Shown: in pieces, positions 17,597-27,273 of the stretch
Numbering within the stretch: position 1 is the first letter of the stretch
Layout: each line of letters begins with the position of its first letter
NCBI GenBank assembly: GCA_964617195.1
Contig: CAZTVK010000019.1
Coordinates: forward strand, 144,793-208,792
DNA: 64,000 nucleotides
Direction of reading: 5' to 3'
Source: an uncultured Methanosarcinales archaeon
GTDB taxonomy: Archaea; Nanobdellota; Nanobdellia; Woesearchaeales; ARS49
Position numbers and translations under genes: made by a program
Notes under the pieces: model-generated
The model's database searches: none
Seen by the model: only the letters and a program-made list of their open reading frames with translations
Told to the model about the DNA's origin: nothing

Positions 17597-20500
17597 TCAC
17601 CCAAACCAAGCACCAAGACCAACCTGCTTATCAGGCTCCTTACCAAACACGCTCTCACAACGCACACGCAACAATTCAATAGTCTGCTGAAGATACGCAG
17701 AAACATTATATTTCTTAGCCAAAGAGATTGTCGGCTCCAAATATTTGTAAACGGAACCTTCACTGATCGTGAAAATAATCTTACCATTGCACTTAGTACA
17801 CTTGCCAACCAAAGGAGGACGACGGAACTTCTCATTGCAATGAACGCACCGGAACTCCTGCATTGAAAACTTCCTCAGATTACCCTTAGTATCCTTCAAG
17901 AAATGCTTTTCTATTACTAATCTGGCAACATCAGTAGTATCAACACTCCTCAACTTCTCAGCCAAATCCATCTGGCCCCTCAATTTCTCCTCCATCGAAG
18001 GCAGGGTCTTGTACGCACTGCACCTCACGGTAAGATTCAAATTTGTAATATCATGAGTGAATCCCATCTTCTCATACTGCTCAGGCTTGCCCAAACAACC
18101 CTTAATCTGAGGAATCTTAACCTCCCAAGGCATCTTATAATTAAGCGCGGCCTCATACAATTCCAAAGGATACTTCCACGCGATATCCACATCAAAAGCC
18201 ATATCATCAACCTCAGAAGGAGTCAAAACACTCGTAAGAACAAGAGGAGTATCCATAGTAGAACCACGACTACCAGGCAGGTACTTCTTGCTGAAATTCA
18301 AAAACGCGTCCATCAGCAAAATAACACAAGCCTCATCACCATCACAATCACGCCTAGTAGCAGCATGCAGCAAAGGATGCGCGAACAAGCCCTGAGTCTT
18401 GCTAAAACCAATAATCCTGCCAACCATGCCAGCACTAGTATGAGGCGCAAGAACAATTGTCAACTGGCCGACCAAATCCTGCGCGGAAGAAAGACAGTAT
18501 AAGGGAGGCAGACCATACATGTGCACCAAGACATCATCAATATAACGCGAAATATTAATCAAAACCTTATCAGCACCATCATCAGGACTCTCATCGCAAC
18601 TCGGCAAAACAATATCCTGAGGCTTCAACTCCAAAATCTGGTCAGCACTCATCAAAGCACCACCATTAATGTCCGTCACGTAACCGAGCTCCCTTAATTT
18701 CTCTATGCTAGTCCCAACCTCACACGGCTTGAAATGCGTCAAAGGCAACTGAGTCATATCATAACGAGTCGTGCCGTCCTTATACACGTGCACTCCATAC
18801 CTGGCACGCAACATGCCTTTACCAATATGTTCAGGAATATGTTCCTTGTTAGAAGTTCCGCGAACACCCTTGATAAGCTCAGGATACTCACGAATCCTCA
18901 TCTGTTTCAACACGCAATCAAAATAATGCTTAACAGGAATAGAACGCTGGCTGCTGCCCTGCGCATCACCATGCAACTGGCATTTCGGAGAATCAATCAA
19001 ACCACACCTTGCACATTTCCACTTTCTCGCAGCCTGCTTGCCGCAAACTTCGCACACGCTCAAAACAGTTTCAACATTGCACGAAGAACAGAAAAAGAAA
19101 GCAAACTCGGAAATCACCTTGCCGGCATCAAGCGCGCTCTTAAAACTACGAAGCCTGCCACCCTCATCGCCAATCGGGAAAAGAACATGAGGACTGCCAG
19201 AAAGCTCCCGCTGCTTAGCCTTCTCAGGACGACCCATCCTAGCACCGATAAAAGTGCCGGCCTTATCACGAAGCACAACAGGAGAAAACTGGTTTATGGC
19301 ATCAATCACTGACTTGTCAGCGATAATGTGCTTTTTCAACTCACTAGGCTTTTCATCAGTCAAACGGAAAATAACGGTAAGCATTGTGGCATACTCACGG
19401 TCAATCACGACAAACTCGTTATTCACGAAAGAATGAGGCAAACCAACAAGCTCAAGACAACGCTTGGCATCATGTTTCGGAAGAACAATCTTCTGAACGC
19501 CAGACTCGCCAGTATGCACTTTAGCACTATCAAACCAGTCCAACAAAGAACGGAACTCATCAAGCGACAAAACATTCCAAAAAACCGTGTAAAACGGATG
19601 CAACGGAGTATTTGTAACACGCGCAATCTTGATGGCCTCTTGAGAAGTAGGAACTACGCGCAACGGATCAGAAAGTAACTGCTCAACGCGCTCCTTTGAA
19701 ACACCTGAAGAGACAATTCCGTCAAACACTCCATTAACAGACTTTACGAGCTCCTGTGCCCACCATTCCTGACAATATCCGGCAGGAACCAACAAGTGAG
19801 CACGATTCAAAAAATCACCATACGCGATTAGTATATCACCCAAAAACAAAATCTCCTTAATCAAAGGCTGAACGCGCTTAGCCTCTTCCAAAGAAGAAAT
19901 ATACAAAACAGAACCATCCTGCAACCTGACAACAGGCCCATCAATCAAATCACAAGAAGTCATGCTAGCAGCCTTACCAGGACGCTCAGTCTTCAACTGA
20001 GTCCCTGTAGCAATATACTGATTAAGAATATACATAGTGGCAGGATGCATGCTCTGCGCGCTGAAACCGCTAGTACGAGAACGACCATACCTCAACCTGA
20101 AACCACCAGGACGCAAAGGATACCCCAGAACAGGCCTGCCCGCGACCAAATCAGAAATGTACGTATAATCAGGAGAAACCTTCTGCTGCGAAGAAGAAGT
20201 CGACTTACCAGCCTTTGCCTTCTTCTGAATATGCAAAAACTCCTCCAAAAAATTCCAAGAATCCAACCCAAAATCCTTACCCCAAATGCTAAGCTGCTTC
20301 CACAACTTAGGAGCTTTCAAAGGAATACAAGAAGACAAAACAAGACAATAACCACTGCGAATAAAATTCGTCGGAATACGCGGCAAGTCCTTGTAATTAC
20401 TGACCTCAATCTTCTCACTCGGATCACCGCTAACCTCAACAGGCAAATTTTTCATCAAAAACACAGTCTCAGACTCACTGGGAACATACTGCAAATTCGT

Positions 20501-21112
20501 TATACGCTCATGATAATCCTGCAATTCCGTCACTGCGCGCTTAATCTCATACGGCTGCGCATCATAAACATCATAACCAAGACACTTACGCACATAATCA
20601 GTAATGATAACGCTAACAGCAGCAGCAGTTCCACCAGCATTACGAACAGGACCAGCAAAATTCAAACAAATATACTCACCGCGATTGTCAACACGCCTCT
20701 TAACCTCAATATTAACAATGCCGTCCAAAGGAGAGCTCACAACACCAACTGTAACGTACGCAAAACCAGTACGGATGCCAACCTCCATCGCCTCCTTCCT
20801 GTCAGCAAACTTGCAAAACTTTTCCAAAGCGACTTCCTCAGAAATTTTTAGTGCAACCCTCCAATCCAGAGAGCCATACTGCTTCTCCAACTCAATAATA
20901 CGCTCCACAACACCAGAATTCACGATCTGAGGAGCAATAACTGAAATCAAACCAACAACACGCTGAGCCATGTTCTCAGCCAGCGAAACCTCAACAGTCT
21001 TCTCAGGATCAAAACCCTTCGCCCTTGCCTGCGAAGCAACAGAGTGCAACCTAGAAACCTCCTCCTTCAAACGATCAAAATAACCCTGCATTTCAACAGA
21101 TGCGCTAACCAT
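17597..21112 (-). CDS. polC: DNA polymerase II (PolD) large subunit DP2
   Basis: 1171 aa; conserved DP2 N-terminus and Cys clusters; no intein. Confidence 0.95.
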   Translation of the reverse strand: MVSASVEMQGYFDRLKEEVSRLHSVASQARAKGFDPEKTVEVSLAENMAQRVVGLISVIAPQIVNSGVVERIIELEKQYGSLDWRVALKISEEVALEKFCKFADRKEAMEVGIRTGFAYVTVGVVSSPLDGIVNIEVKRRVDNRGEYICLNFAGPVRNAGGTAAAVSVIITDYVRKCLGYDVYDAQPYEIKRAVTELQDYHERITNLQYVPSESETVFLMKNLPVEVSGDPSEKIEVSNYKDLPRIPTNFIRSGYCLVLSSCIPLKAPKLWKQLSIWGKDFGLDSWNFLEEFLHIQKKAKAGKSTSSSQQKVSPDYTYISDLVAGRPVLGYPLRPGGFRLRYGRSRTSGFSAQSMHPATMYILNQYIATGTQLKTERPGKAASMTSCDLIDGPVVRLQDGSVLYISSLEEAKRVQPLIKEILFLGDILIAYGDFLNRAHLLVPAGYCQEWWAQELVKSVNGVFDGIVSSGVSKERVEQLLSDPLRVVPTSQEAIKIARVTNTPLHPFYTVFWNVLSLDEFRSLLDWFDSAKVHTGESGVQKIVLPKHDAKRCLELVGLPHSFVNNEFVVIDREYATMLTVIFRLTDEKPSELKKHIIADKSVIDAINQFSPVVLRDKAGTFIGARMGRPEKAKQRELSGSPHVLFPIGDEGGRLRSFKSALDAGKVISEFAFFFCSSCNVETVLSVCEVCGKQAARKWKCARCGLIDSPKCQLHGDAQGSSQRSIPVKHYFDCVLKQMRIREYPELIKGVRGTSNKEHIPEHIGKGMLRARYGVHVYKDGTTRYDMTQLPLTHFKPCEVGTSIEKLRELGYVTDINGGALMSADQILELKPQDIVLPSCDESPDDGADKVLINISRYIDDVLVHMYGLPPLYCLSSAQDLVGQLTIVLAPHTSAGMVGRIIGFSKTQGLFAHPLLHAATRRDCDGDEACVILLMDAFLNFSKKYLPGSRGSTMDTPLVLTSVLTPSEVDDMAFDVDIAWKYPLELYEAALNYKMPWEVKIPQIKGCLGKPEQYEKMGFTHDITNLNLTVRCSAYKTLPSMEEKLRGQMDLAEKLRSVDTTDVARLVIEKHFLKDTKGNLRKFSMQEFRCVHCNEKFRRPPLVGKCTKCNGKIIFTISEGSVYKYLEPTISLAKKYNVSAYLQQTIELLRVRCESVFGKEPDKQVGLGAWFG

Positions 21113-22543
21113 TCAAAACCTCATAAAAGACACATTACGCGAGTTCAAATCAACAATGGGCACGACACCCGGCTCAGGATCATGACCGACCTTTTCCTGA
21201 AAGTCAGTCTTTGCCTGAAAACAACTTGCCGACACCAAAGTAACACCACGATAATTCAAAGTCCCTGCCTTGTGAATATGCCCTGCAAAAAACAAATCAG
21301 GAACTTTCTCAATCACCAAAGGATCCATCCTCGGATCAGGAATATACATGGTAGTAGTATGCTGAGGAGCAAGATGACGCCTCTGCAACAAAAACCTCAT
21401 AATGAGAGGAGCACGGTCAGAAATATGAGTTCCGCTATTCTTGATGCTCGGCACTATCTCACCATAATCATCAAAACTATAACCATGATACATCAAAACA
21501 TCAAGGCCGGAAAAATCTGAAGAATTATGAATGTTCACCATGCAAGGATTGCACGTCATGGTCACGTTTGAAAGCTCCCACAAAGGCTTCGCATAATCCT
21601 TAGACAATTTAGGCTGCGGCTCACTAATCCTGCCAACATCATGATTGCCAGGACCGATAATGATATTCACGTCCTTGCGAACACGGCTCAAAAGCCGAGC
21701 ACATTCACGATACTGCTCACGAATATCAGTAATCGACAACTCCTTCTCCTGCTGAGGATAAATACCGACACCATCAACAAGATCCCCGCAAATAAACAAA
21801 TACTTCAATTTCTGCGCGACCTCACGCTCCTCAGGAGAACCATAATTTCCATTAACCCACTCCAAGAAACGCTCGAACTTCTCACGCTCAAAACGCGCAG
21901 AACCAACATGAATGCACGACAAAACAGCAGCATACACAACATCAGGAGACTTTTTCACACTAGAAATAGGAATATCCGGCACTACAATCGCATCAGCGAA
22001 AATAATTCCCTCACCCAACATGCCATGAACGCCAATAACCTCATCGAAAACAATATCCTTCCCAAAAGAGTACAAGTCCTGCTTTGATTTTGAGATTAAC
22101 ACCTGAATAGTTCCAGTAGTATCCTCCAATGTAAGAATAATGTGCTCATTCTTCGACAATCTCTTATCAGCAACAATACCTATAATTGACACGGCTTCCC
22201 GATCACGCTTGCCACGCAACCTCCCAATAGACGTTAGGTTCTGCAGTTCATTACGGGAATGCAGCAAACGCTCAAGAGCACGATACCTCGCGTTGAAATA
22301 ATCAATAAAATCCTGCACTGAACGCTTCTTAGGCCTATCATCATACTCCCACACGATACGAATAGAAGAAACAGGCTCCTTGGAAACCAACAATTCCTGA
22401 GGCGTCACACCATTAGACAATGCAGCATGCCACTGCTCAACAACACTCGGCACGTTGAGCTTATCAAGAACAGCACGACTAACCAAAACACGATGTTTCA
22501 AAAACGCGCTTACGATCTCCCTCTTCTTTACAAGTTGTTCCAT
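21113..22543 (-). CDS. polB: DNA polymerase II (PolD) small subunit DP1 (calcineurin-like phosphoesterase)
   Basis: 'GDLVDGVGIYP...IIGPGNHD...GHIHKAG' MPE motifs plus OB N-domain. Confidence 0.93.
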   Translation of the reverse strand: MEQLVKKREIVSAFLKHRVLVSRAVLDKLNVPSVVEQWHAALSNGVTPQELLVSKEPVSSIRIVWEYDDRPKKRSVQDFIDYFNARYRALERLLHSRNELQNLTSIGRLRGKRDREAVSIIGIVADKRLSKNEHIILTLEDTTGTIQVLISKSKQDLYSFGKDIVFDEVIGVHGMLGEGIIFADAIVVPDIPISSVKKSPDVVYAAVLSCIHVGSARFEREKFERFLEWVNGNYGSPEEREVAQKLKYLFICGDLVDGVGIYPQQEKELSITDIREQYRECARLLSRVRKDVNIIIGPGNHDVGRISEPQPKLSKDYAKPLWELSNVTMTCNPCMVNIHNSSDFSGLDVLMYHGYSFDDYGEIVPSIKNSGTHISDRAPLIMRFLLQRRHLAPQHTTTMYIPDPRMDPLVIEKVPDLFFAGHIHKAGTLNYRGVTLVSASCFQAKTDFQEKVGHDPEPGVVPIVDLNSRNVSFMRF

Positions 22544-23763
22544 GACAAGCCAAGCTCCTCGTTCAAAATGCCCTTCATTTTCTCAAGAATGCTATCATTC
22601 ACGCCCATGCTAATCTCGCGAGTGCGACCATAACGACCCTTACTAATGACCTTAGCATTAATGATACCCAACATATCAAGCTCGGCAATAATATCGCTAA
22701 CCCTCCTCTGCGTAAGAGGCCTAAGCCCTGTCTGAGAACAACATTTCTCATACAAAGAATAAATCTCCCCAGTAAAAACTCCCTGCTTGCGAGAACAAGC
22801 ACCCAGAATAGAGAATAGAGTAACTTGGAACTGCTTAGGCTGCGTGGCAATGATATCAAGAACGCGATCACGCTCAATCTTATCCTCTGCCTGGTCAAGA
22901 TGAGAAATTGACACCTTAGGATCATTCTGACGCTCGGCCAACTCTCCAGAAACACGCAACAATTCCAAAGCACGCCGCGCGTCACCATGCTCCCTTGCAG
23001 CAAAAGCAGCACACTTCTCAATAACACCATCCTCAACTACACCAGGATTGAAAGCCAACTGGGCGCGCTGCTTCAAAATCTGCTGAATCTGCTCAGCATT
23101 ATACGGAGGAAAAATCAGCTCCTCCTCGCTCAAAGAACTCTTAACCCTCGGATCAAGCGTGTCAGTAAAAATCAAATCATTAGAAATTCCGATAAGAGTA
23201 ATCTGCGTGTTCTTCAACTCAGAATTAATCCTAGTAAGATTATACAACAAATCATTGCCCGCCTTGCCCATAAGCTGGTCAATCTCGTCCAGAATCAAGA
23301 TCAAAGTGTGCTTTTCCTTATCGATTGTGTTGAAAAAAATATGATAAACCTCATCAGTCGGCAAACCAGTAGGCGGAATATTCTTCCCATAATCACGCAA
23401 CAATTGAGCAACAATCCTGTACTCGGTATCAGCGAGTTTTTTCAGCTTACAATTCAAATAGATAACCTTAATCGGAATATTCTTCTGCTTAGCAATACTC
23501 AACATTTGACTCGTGGTAAACTTCACTGTGAGCGTCTTACCGCTTCCGGTTTTCCCATAAATAAACACGTTTGAAGGCTTCTCACAACGCAAAGCAGGAG
23601 CCATAATATTCGCCAACTGGTGCACCTGTTCATCACGATGAAGAATCTGCACAGGAGTATAATTAGATTGCAAAACCACCTTACTCTTAAAAATCGGCTT
23701 TTTATCCAAGTACTTCTCAAAAAAGTCAACCAGCCCCTTTTCCTTCATGTCAAAAATCACCAA
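22528..23763 (-). CDS. cdc6: Orc1/Cdc6 replication initiator
   Basis: Walker A 'GKTGSGKT', Walker B 'LILDEID', C-terminal wH; 16-nt overlap with polB. Confidence 0.95.
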   Translation of the reverse strand: MVIFDMKEKGLVDFFEKYLDKKPIFKSKVVLQSNYTPVQILHRDEQVHQLANIMAPALRCEKPSNVFIYGKTGSGKTLTVKFTTSQMLSIAKQKNIPIKVIYLNCKLKKLADTEYRIVAQLLRDYGKNIPPTGLPTDEVYHIFFNTIDKEKHTLILILDEIDQLMGKAGNDLLYNLTRINSELKNTQITLIGISNDLIFTDTLDPRVKSSLSEEELIFPPYNAEQIQQILKQRAQLAFNPGVVEDGVIEKCAAFAAREHGDARRALELLRVSGELAERQNDPKVSISHLDQAEDKIERDRVLDIIATQPKQFQVTLFSILGACSRKQGVFTGEIYSLYEKCCSQTGLRPLTQRRVSDIIAELDMLGIINAKVISKGRYGRTREISMGVNDSILEKMKGILNEELGLSWNNL

Positions 23764-24205
23764 GTTCGCTTTTTACATGCCCAAAACATATGTGCTTTTT
23801 GAGCACGCCAAGAAAGCCCTCATACACCCCTTAAATAGGGGCTTTCTTTCATGTGGAAATGGAACTGAATCTTAGTATATAAAGGTTTGCGGAGGCCAGA
23901 CCCCATGATTTCTTATGGAAAAAAATGGAATTGTTGTTTGTTGTTGTTTTGATTTTTGATTTTAATATATATAATAGAAAGTCAGGTTTAATTATCTAAT
24001 TACTTTCTATATAGATAATAAATAAATAAGAGAAAACTACAAACAAAAAACAAAAACACTCTTGCATGAGAAATGAAGGGGTGTCACCTTATAAATGGGT
24101 TTTTGTTATTCCACAGTAGCAACAAAAGAGAAACATTTATATATGGGTTATCCCTACATATGAGTAACAACAAGATAGCTACGGATATTAACGGAGACCA
24201 AAACA
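23764..24205. promoter_or_regulatory. candidate replication origin (oriC): inverted ORB-like G-string elements flanking AT-rich DUE
   Basis: 'ACACCCCTT' (23826-23834) vs 'AAGGGGTGT' (24077-24085) inverted; 'GTGGAAATGGAA' mini-ORB-like half sites; ~130-nt >75% AT stretch 23930-24060; adjacent to orc1. Confidence 0.55.
24181..24196 (+). promoter_or_regulatory. ACGGA-N5-ACGGAG direct repeat 10 nt upstream of TrmB-like gene 1 (related element upstream of paralog at 45444-45458)
   Basis: read directly; compare 'ACGGAaaaaACCGGAG' at 45444. Confidence 0.35.
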
Positions 24206-24985
24206 ATGATTGTCCAAAAGGATTTTTTAAACAAACTTAAAGATTTCGGATTGAACAGTTACGAAGCAAAGTTATGGACAGCACTTTTGTCGCGTGGCGT
24301 CGCAACAGCAGGCGAGCTTTCTGACATCGCAAACGTGCCAAGAAGCAGAAGTTATGACGTTCTCGAATCACTAGAAAGAAAGGGTTTTGTCATAATGAAA
24401 CTAGGCAAACCTATCAAATACATTGCAGTACCTCCAGCAGAAGTACTTGAACGCGTCAAAAAATCAGTAAAAGACGACGCTGACAAGCAAGTTGAGCTCA
24501 TCGACGGCCTAAGAAAAAGCGAAGTTCTCGGCGAGTTAAACACACTTCACAAACAAGGCATAGAACTTGTCGAGCCAGCCGATCTTACAGGAGCGGTCAG
24601 AGGACGAGGAAACCTTTACAATCACCTTATATCAGGAATCAAGAACGCTGAAAAAACAGTCAGCATAATGACGACCGAGCTAGGCCTCATACGAAAAACA
24701 GAAGCATTGAAAGGAGCCCTTCAAAAAGCAAAAGAAAAAGGCATCCGCATCAGAATCCTCGCACCAACAAAAAATCACGGAAAAGCACTTTCTTCAATAG
24801 CACAAATGAAGCACATTGACGTACCACCAGCAAGATTCTGCGTTGTAGACGGCAAACAGGTAACCTTCATGGTGCTAGACGACGTCGACATCCACCCGAA
24901 CTACGACTTCGGAGTCTGGGTAAGCGCAGCCAACTTCGCCAAATCATTTGACAACATATTCAACATGATCTGGGACAAGCAATAA
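24206..24985 (+). CDS. TrmB-family transcriptional regulator (paralog 1)
   Basis: N-terminal HTH 'YEAKLWTALLSRGVATAGELSDIANVPRSRSYDVLESLERKGFV'. Confidence 0.8.
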   Translation: MIVQKDFLNKLKDFGLNSYEAKLWTALLSRGVATAGELSDIANVPRSRSYDVLESLERKGFVIMKLGKPIKYIAVPPAEVLERVKKSVKDDADKQVELIDGLRKSEVLGELNTLHKQGIELVEPADLTGAVRGRGNLYNHLISGIKNAEKTVSIMTTELGLIRKTEALKGALQKAKEKGIRIRILAPTKNHGKALSSIAQMKHIDVPPARFCVVDGKQVTFMVLDDVDIHPNYDFGVWVSAANFAKSFDNIFNMIWDKQ

Positions 24986-25019
24986 GCCAAGACACGTCAA
25001 ACAAGACCTTTTTTACTAC

Positions 25020-25454
25020 ATGAATTGCATAAAAACTATCCCTGTTTCAGCAGAACTAATTATTTTCGACCTTTGCGACACATTAGAATACACAAAAAAC
25101 AGCAAATCAGAATGGCGGCCAGGGGCATTAGAACTTCTTATCCAGTTAAAAGACAGGACAAAAGTCATCTCAAGCGATGCCTCACTGGGAATGATCACAC
25201 AATTCTTAGAAGGTTATGAGCATCTCTTCACATCAATCTACGATGAAAGTCATTCTTACAAACGCAACGGAAAGCACTACAAAAACCTCAGCAGAATATG
25301 CAAAGAGTTCAATGTCAAGCCGGCATCTGCAGTTATGATTGGCGACAGTGAGAAGGATGAGCGTTCCGCGCTCAAATACCACATACCATTCATCAAGGTG
25401 CCAGACCAGTTTACAGACAGAAATTACAATCTCCTGCAGATCCTGAAACAATAG
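25020..25454 (+). CDS. small HAD-superfamily hydrolase-like protein
   Basis: 'IIFDLCDTL' motif I-like and 'IGDSEKD' motif IV-like. Confidence 0.45.
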   Translation: MNCIKTIPVSAELIIFDLCDTLEYTKNSKSEWRPGALELLIQLKDRTKVISSDASLGMITQFLEGYEHLFTSIYDESHSYKRNGKHYKNLSRICKEFNVKPASAVMIGDSEKDERSALKYHIPFIKVPDQFTDRNYNLLQILKQ

Positions 25455-25497
25455 CTTTTTATACTCTTTACTTATAAATAACCTTTAGAAAAGAGAG

Positions 25498-25698
25498 GTG
25501 TTCAGTATGGCAGAAGAAGTCCTAGTCAGAATTGTTCTAGCAGTCATAGTAGGAGTATTATTCGGCATAGTGTATTGCATGAGAGTCCTTGTCCTAATGG
25601 AAAGACGAGTCGCACGCATAGAAGAACACATAGACAGAGTAGTCCACAAAGTATTGCAAGAAGAAATCAGAATTGAAAAAGCGGCAAAAAGACGATAA
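25498..25698 (+). CDS. small hypothetical membrane protein
   Basis: single TM 'IVLAVIVGVLFGIVYCM' then charged tail; weak. Confidence 0.25.
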   Translation: MFSMAEEVLVRIVLAVIVGVLFGIVYCMRVLVLMERRVARIEEHIDRVVHKVLQEEIRIEKAAKRR

Positions 25699-26159
25699 TG
25701 CCCACTATTTTTTCTTCTCCATTTCTAACAGAAACGCATAAACAACCAGAAAAAGCAGAATACGCAATATCATACCATCTAGAAAGAGCGATACCACGCG
25801 GAAGCGTTATCTATGCACTCTTCCCTAAAAAAATACTTTCAAAACTCCTCCCGCCAATCGCCAAAGCAAAAAACTGCACGATCATAACACACCTAACAGG
25901 AAAAACCAGCAAAATCGATGAACCAGACATCATTCTAGCAGAACCAGACGGGTTCTCAGCAGGGGGAGCGCTCTTCACACCAGAAGAAACAAAATTAGTC
26001 AGTGGACTACCAGTCATCTGCGTCGGCAGCACCAAACAATGGACTCACATCCTCCCGGCAACACACGATTTAGTGCCCGTCTATAGAATAATAAGCGAAC
26101 GCGGAATCCACACGCCAGAACAAATAGAAGAACTTATTTCTTTTTCATTAAAACCTTAA
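25698..26159 (+). CDS. hypothetical protein (alpha/beta fold?)
   Basis: ORF with good coding composition; no recognisable motif. Confidence 0.4.
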   Translation: MPTIFSSPFLTETHKQPEKAEYAISYHLERAIPRGSVIYALFPKKILSKLLPPIAKAKNCTIITHLTGKTSKIDEPDIILAEPDGFSAGGALFTPEETKLVSGLPVICVGSTKQWTHILPATHDLVPVYRIISERGIHTPEQIEELISFSLKP

Positions 26160-26652
26160 ATTCCTTCTCCAACCTTTCAAACTCAGCCTTAAGATCCTTG
26201 ACAAGCTTAGAGTTGTCCTCCAAATCAAGCAAACTGCCGCACTCAGGACATTTAAAGCTGAAATCATGACTCTGCTCAAAATCCAAACGCATACACTTAT
26301 TCGAGCAAATGTAAAATTGAGTGTTGTTCTCACGATTCAAACGCTCGTGAAGCCTATCAAGCTTCCTCTTCTTGATATCCTTAACCAAATCCTTAACACG
26401 CTTCTGATTAAAAGTCCAATAGTAAATATACCACCCTTTTTTCTTATCCTTCTTCCTGATGAAACTCACCAAGTTGTTGTCATACAACCTGTAAAGCATA
26501 TTCCTCGTCAAATTAATCTCCTTTTTAATGTTATCAGCAAGCTTAAACTCAGAAACATTACTCTTATTCCTTAACGCCTTAACCAGCGGAAGAACATCCT
26601 CACCAGCTACCTCAGAAACAATCTCCTCAACTAACTTACTTGAAGCCTTCAT
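26134..26652 (-). CDS. tfe: transcription factor E alpha (TFE / TFIIE-alpha homolog)
   Basis: N-terminal wH plus zinc ribbon 'FYICSNKC...FKCPECGSLL'. Confidence 0.8.
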   Translation of the reverse strand: MKASSKLVEEIVSEVAGEDVLPLVKALRNKSNVSEFKLADNIKKEINLTRNMLYRLYDNNLVSFIRKKDKKKGWYIYYWTFNQKRVKDLVKDIKKRKLDRLHERLNRENNTQFYICSNKCMRLDFEQSHDFSFKCPECGSLLDLEDNSKLVKDLKAEFERLEKEFKVLMKKK

Positions 26653-26680
26653 TTACTCATTCTCCTCGGAAAATGCCACT

Positions 26681-27076
26681 TTATAAATGTTTTGTCAGCT
26701 GTTCGAAAGTAATTCCTCTAAGCTCAGCCAACTCAGGAGTAACCGCCAAATTCTGCCCGGAATCCCTCAAATCTCTCGGATCCAAAAACAACCAAGGCAT
26801 CCTATTGAAACGAACAGCAATCAAAGGCCTTGCGCCAGCTTTTTTCGCATACTCAACCAACTCAGCAACTTCCCTCTTCTCCAAATACTGATTATGATTA
26901 CTCGTAGACTTGCACTCAATCGCCAAATTAATTCCTTCTTTATTCGCAATAACATCAGGAGCAGGATACTTCATACTCCCACTGCCCGCAACCCTGCAAG
27001 CAGTCCACTCCTTAGTAGCCCAGAATAAATGAATCAGCTCCCTTTCAGCATTCGACCCCTTTTGCTTTGAACTCAT
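26681..27076 (-). CDS. hjc: Holliday junction resolvase Hjc
   Basis: 'KGSNAERELIHLF...RVAGSGS...PDVIANKEGINLAIECKSTS' Hjc catalytic motifs; ORF extends to 27130 via GTG but M19 ATG matches Hjc N-terminus. Confidence 0.8.
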   Translation of the reverse strand: MSSKQKGSNAERELIHLFWATKEWTACRVAGSGSMKYPAPDVIANKEGINLAIECKSTSNHNQYLEKREVAELVEYAKKAGARPLIAVRFNRMPWLFLDPRDLRDSGQNLAVTPELAELRGITFEQLTKHL

Positions 27077-27139
27077 AATATTGAATTTTGAATTTTGCAG
27101 CATAAAAACCTTCGCTTCGCTCAAAGACACTCCTCATGT

Positions 27140-27185
27140 CGGAAAGCAACGCTTTCCGAGCACTTCAGAAACGCTTGCGTTTCTG
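27140..27185. promoter_or_regulatory. two tandem palindromes CGGAAAGC-aac-GCTTTCCG and CAGAAACGC-tt-GCGTTTCTG in divergent hjc/histone promoter region
   Basis: perfect 8- and 9-bp arms read directly. Confidence 0.6.
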
Positions 27186-27273
27186 ATGCAATGGGCTCCG
27201 AATTCCAGTCAGTCGCTCTTGTTCGTCTGAAATAACAAAAAAAAGGTCAAAAAAGCAAAATTTTAAATAAAGA

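Noticed and set aside
12217-21112. Inteins in mcm, polC (DP2), rfcS or polB
   Set aside because: Protein lengths (670, 1171, 320 and 476 aa) and uninterrupted motifs match intein-free versions.
253-23000. Many antisense or alternative-frame ORFs of 60-220 aa overlapping ribosomal and replication genes, for example 253-462(-), 466-795(-), 3601-4278(-), 18053-18502(+), 20045-20851(+) and 58415-59479(+)
   Set aside because: These are shadow ORFs caused by the strong compositional bias. They have no motifs and are low-complexity Arg/Ser/Leu or Asn/Thr/Arg-rich. Every one is fully contained within a well-supported gene on the other strand or frame.
23764-24205. Expectation that nucleotide skew flips at the putative oriC
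   Set aside because: Hand sampling shows the same A+C-rich + strand on both sides. The origin call therefore rests on ORB/DUE architecture and orc1 adjacency only. The conflict is reported as a finding, not resolved.
27184-27230. Possible C/D box sRNA ('TGATGC' … 'CTGA')
   Set aside because: The C box is imperfect and no internal D'/C' boxes or terminal stem are present. It is kept only as an alternative explanation in the palindrome finding.
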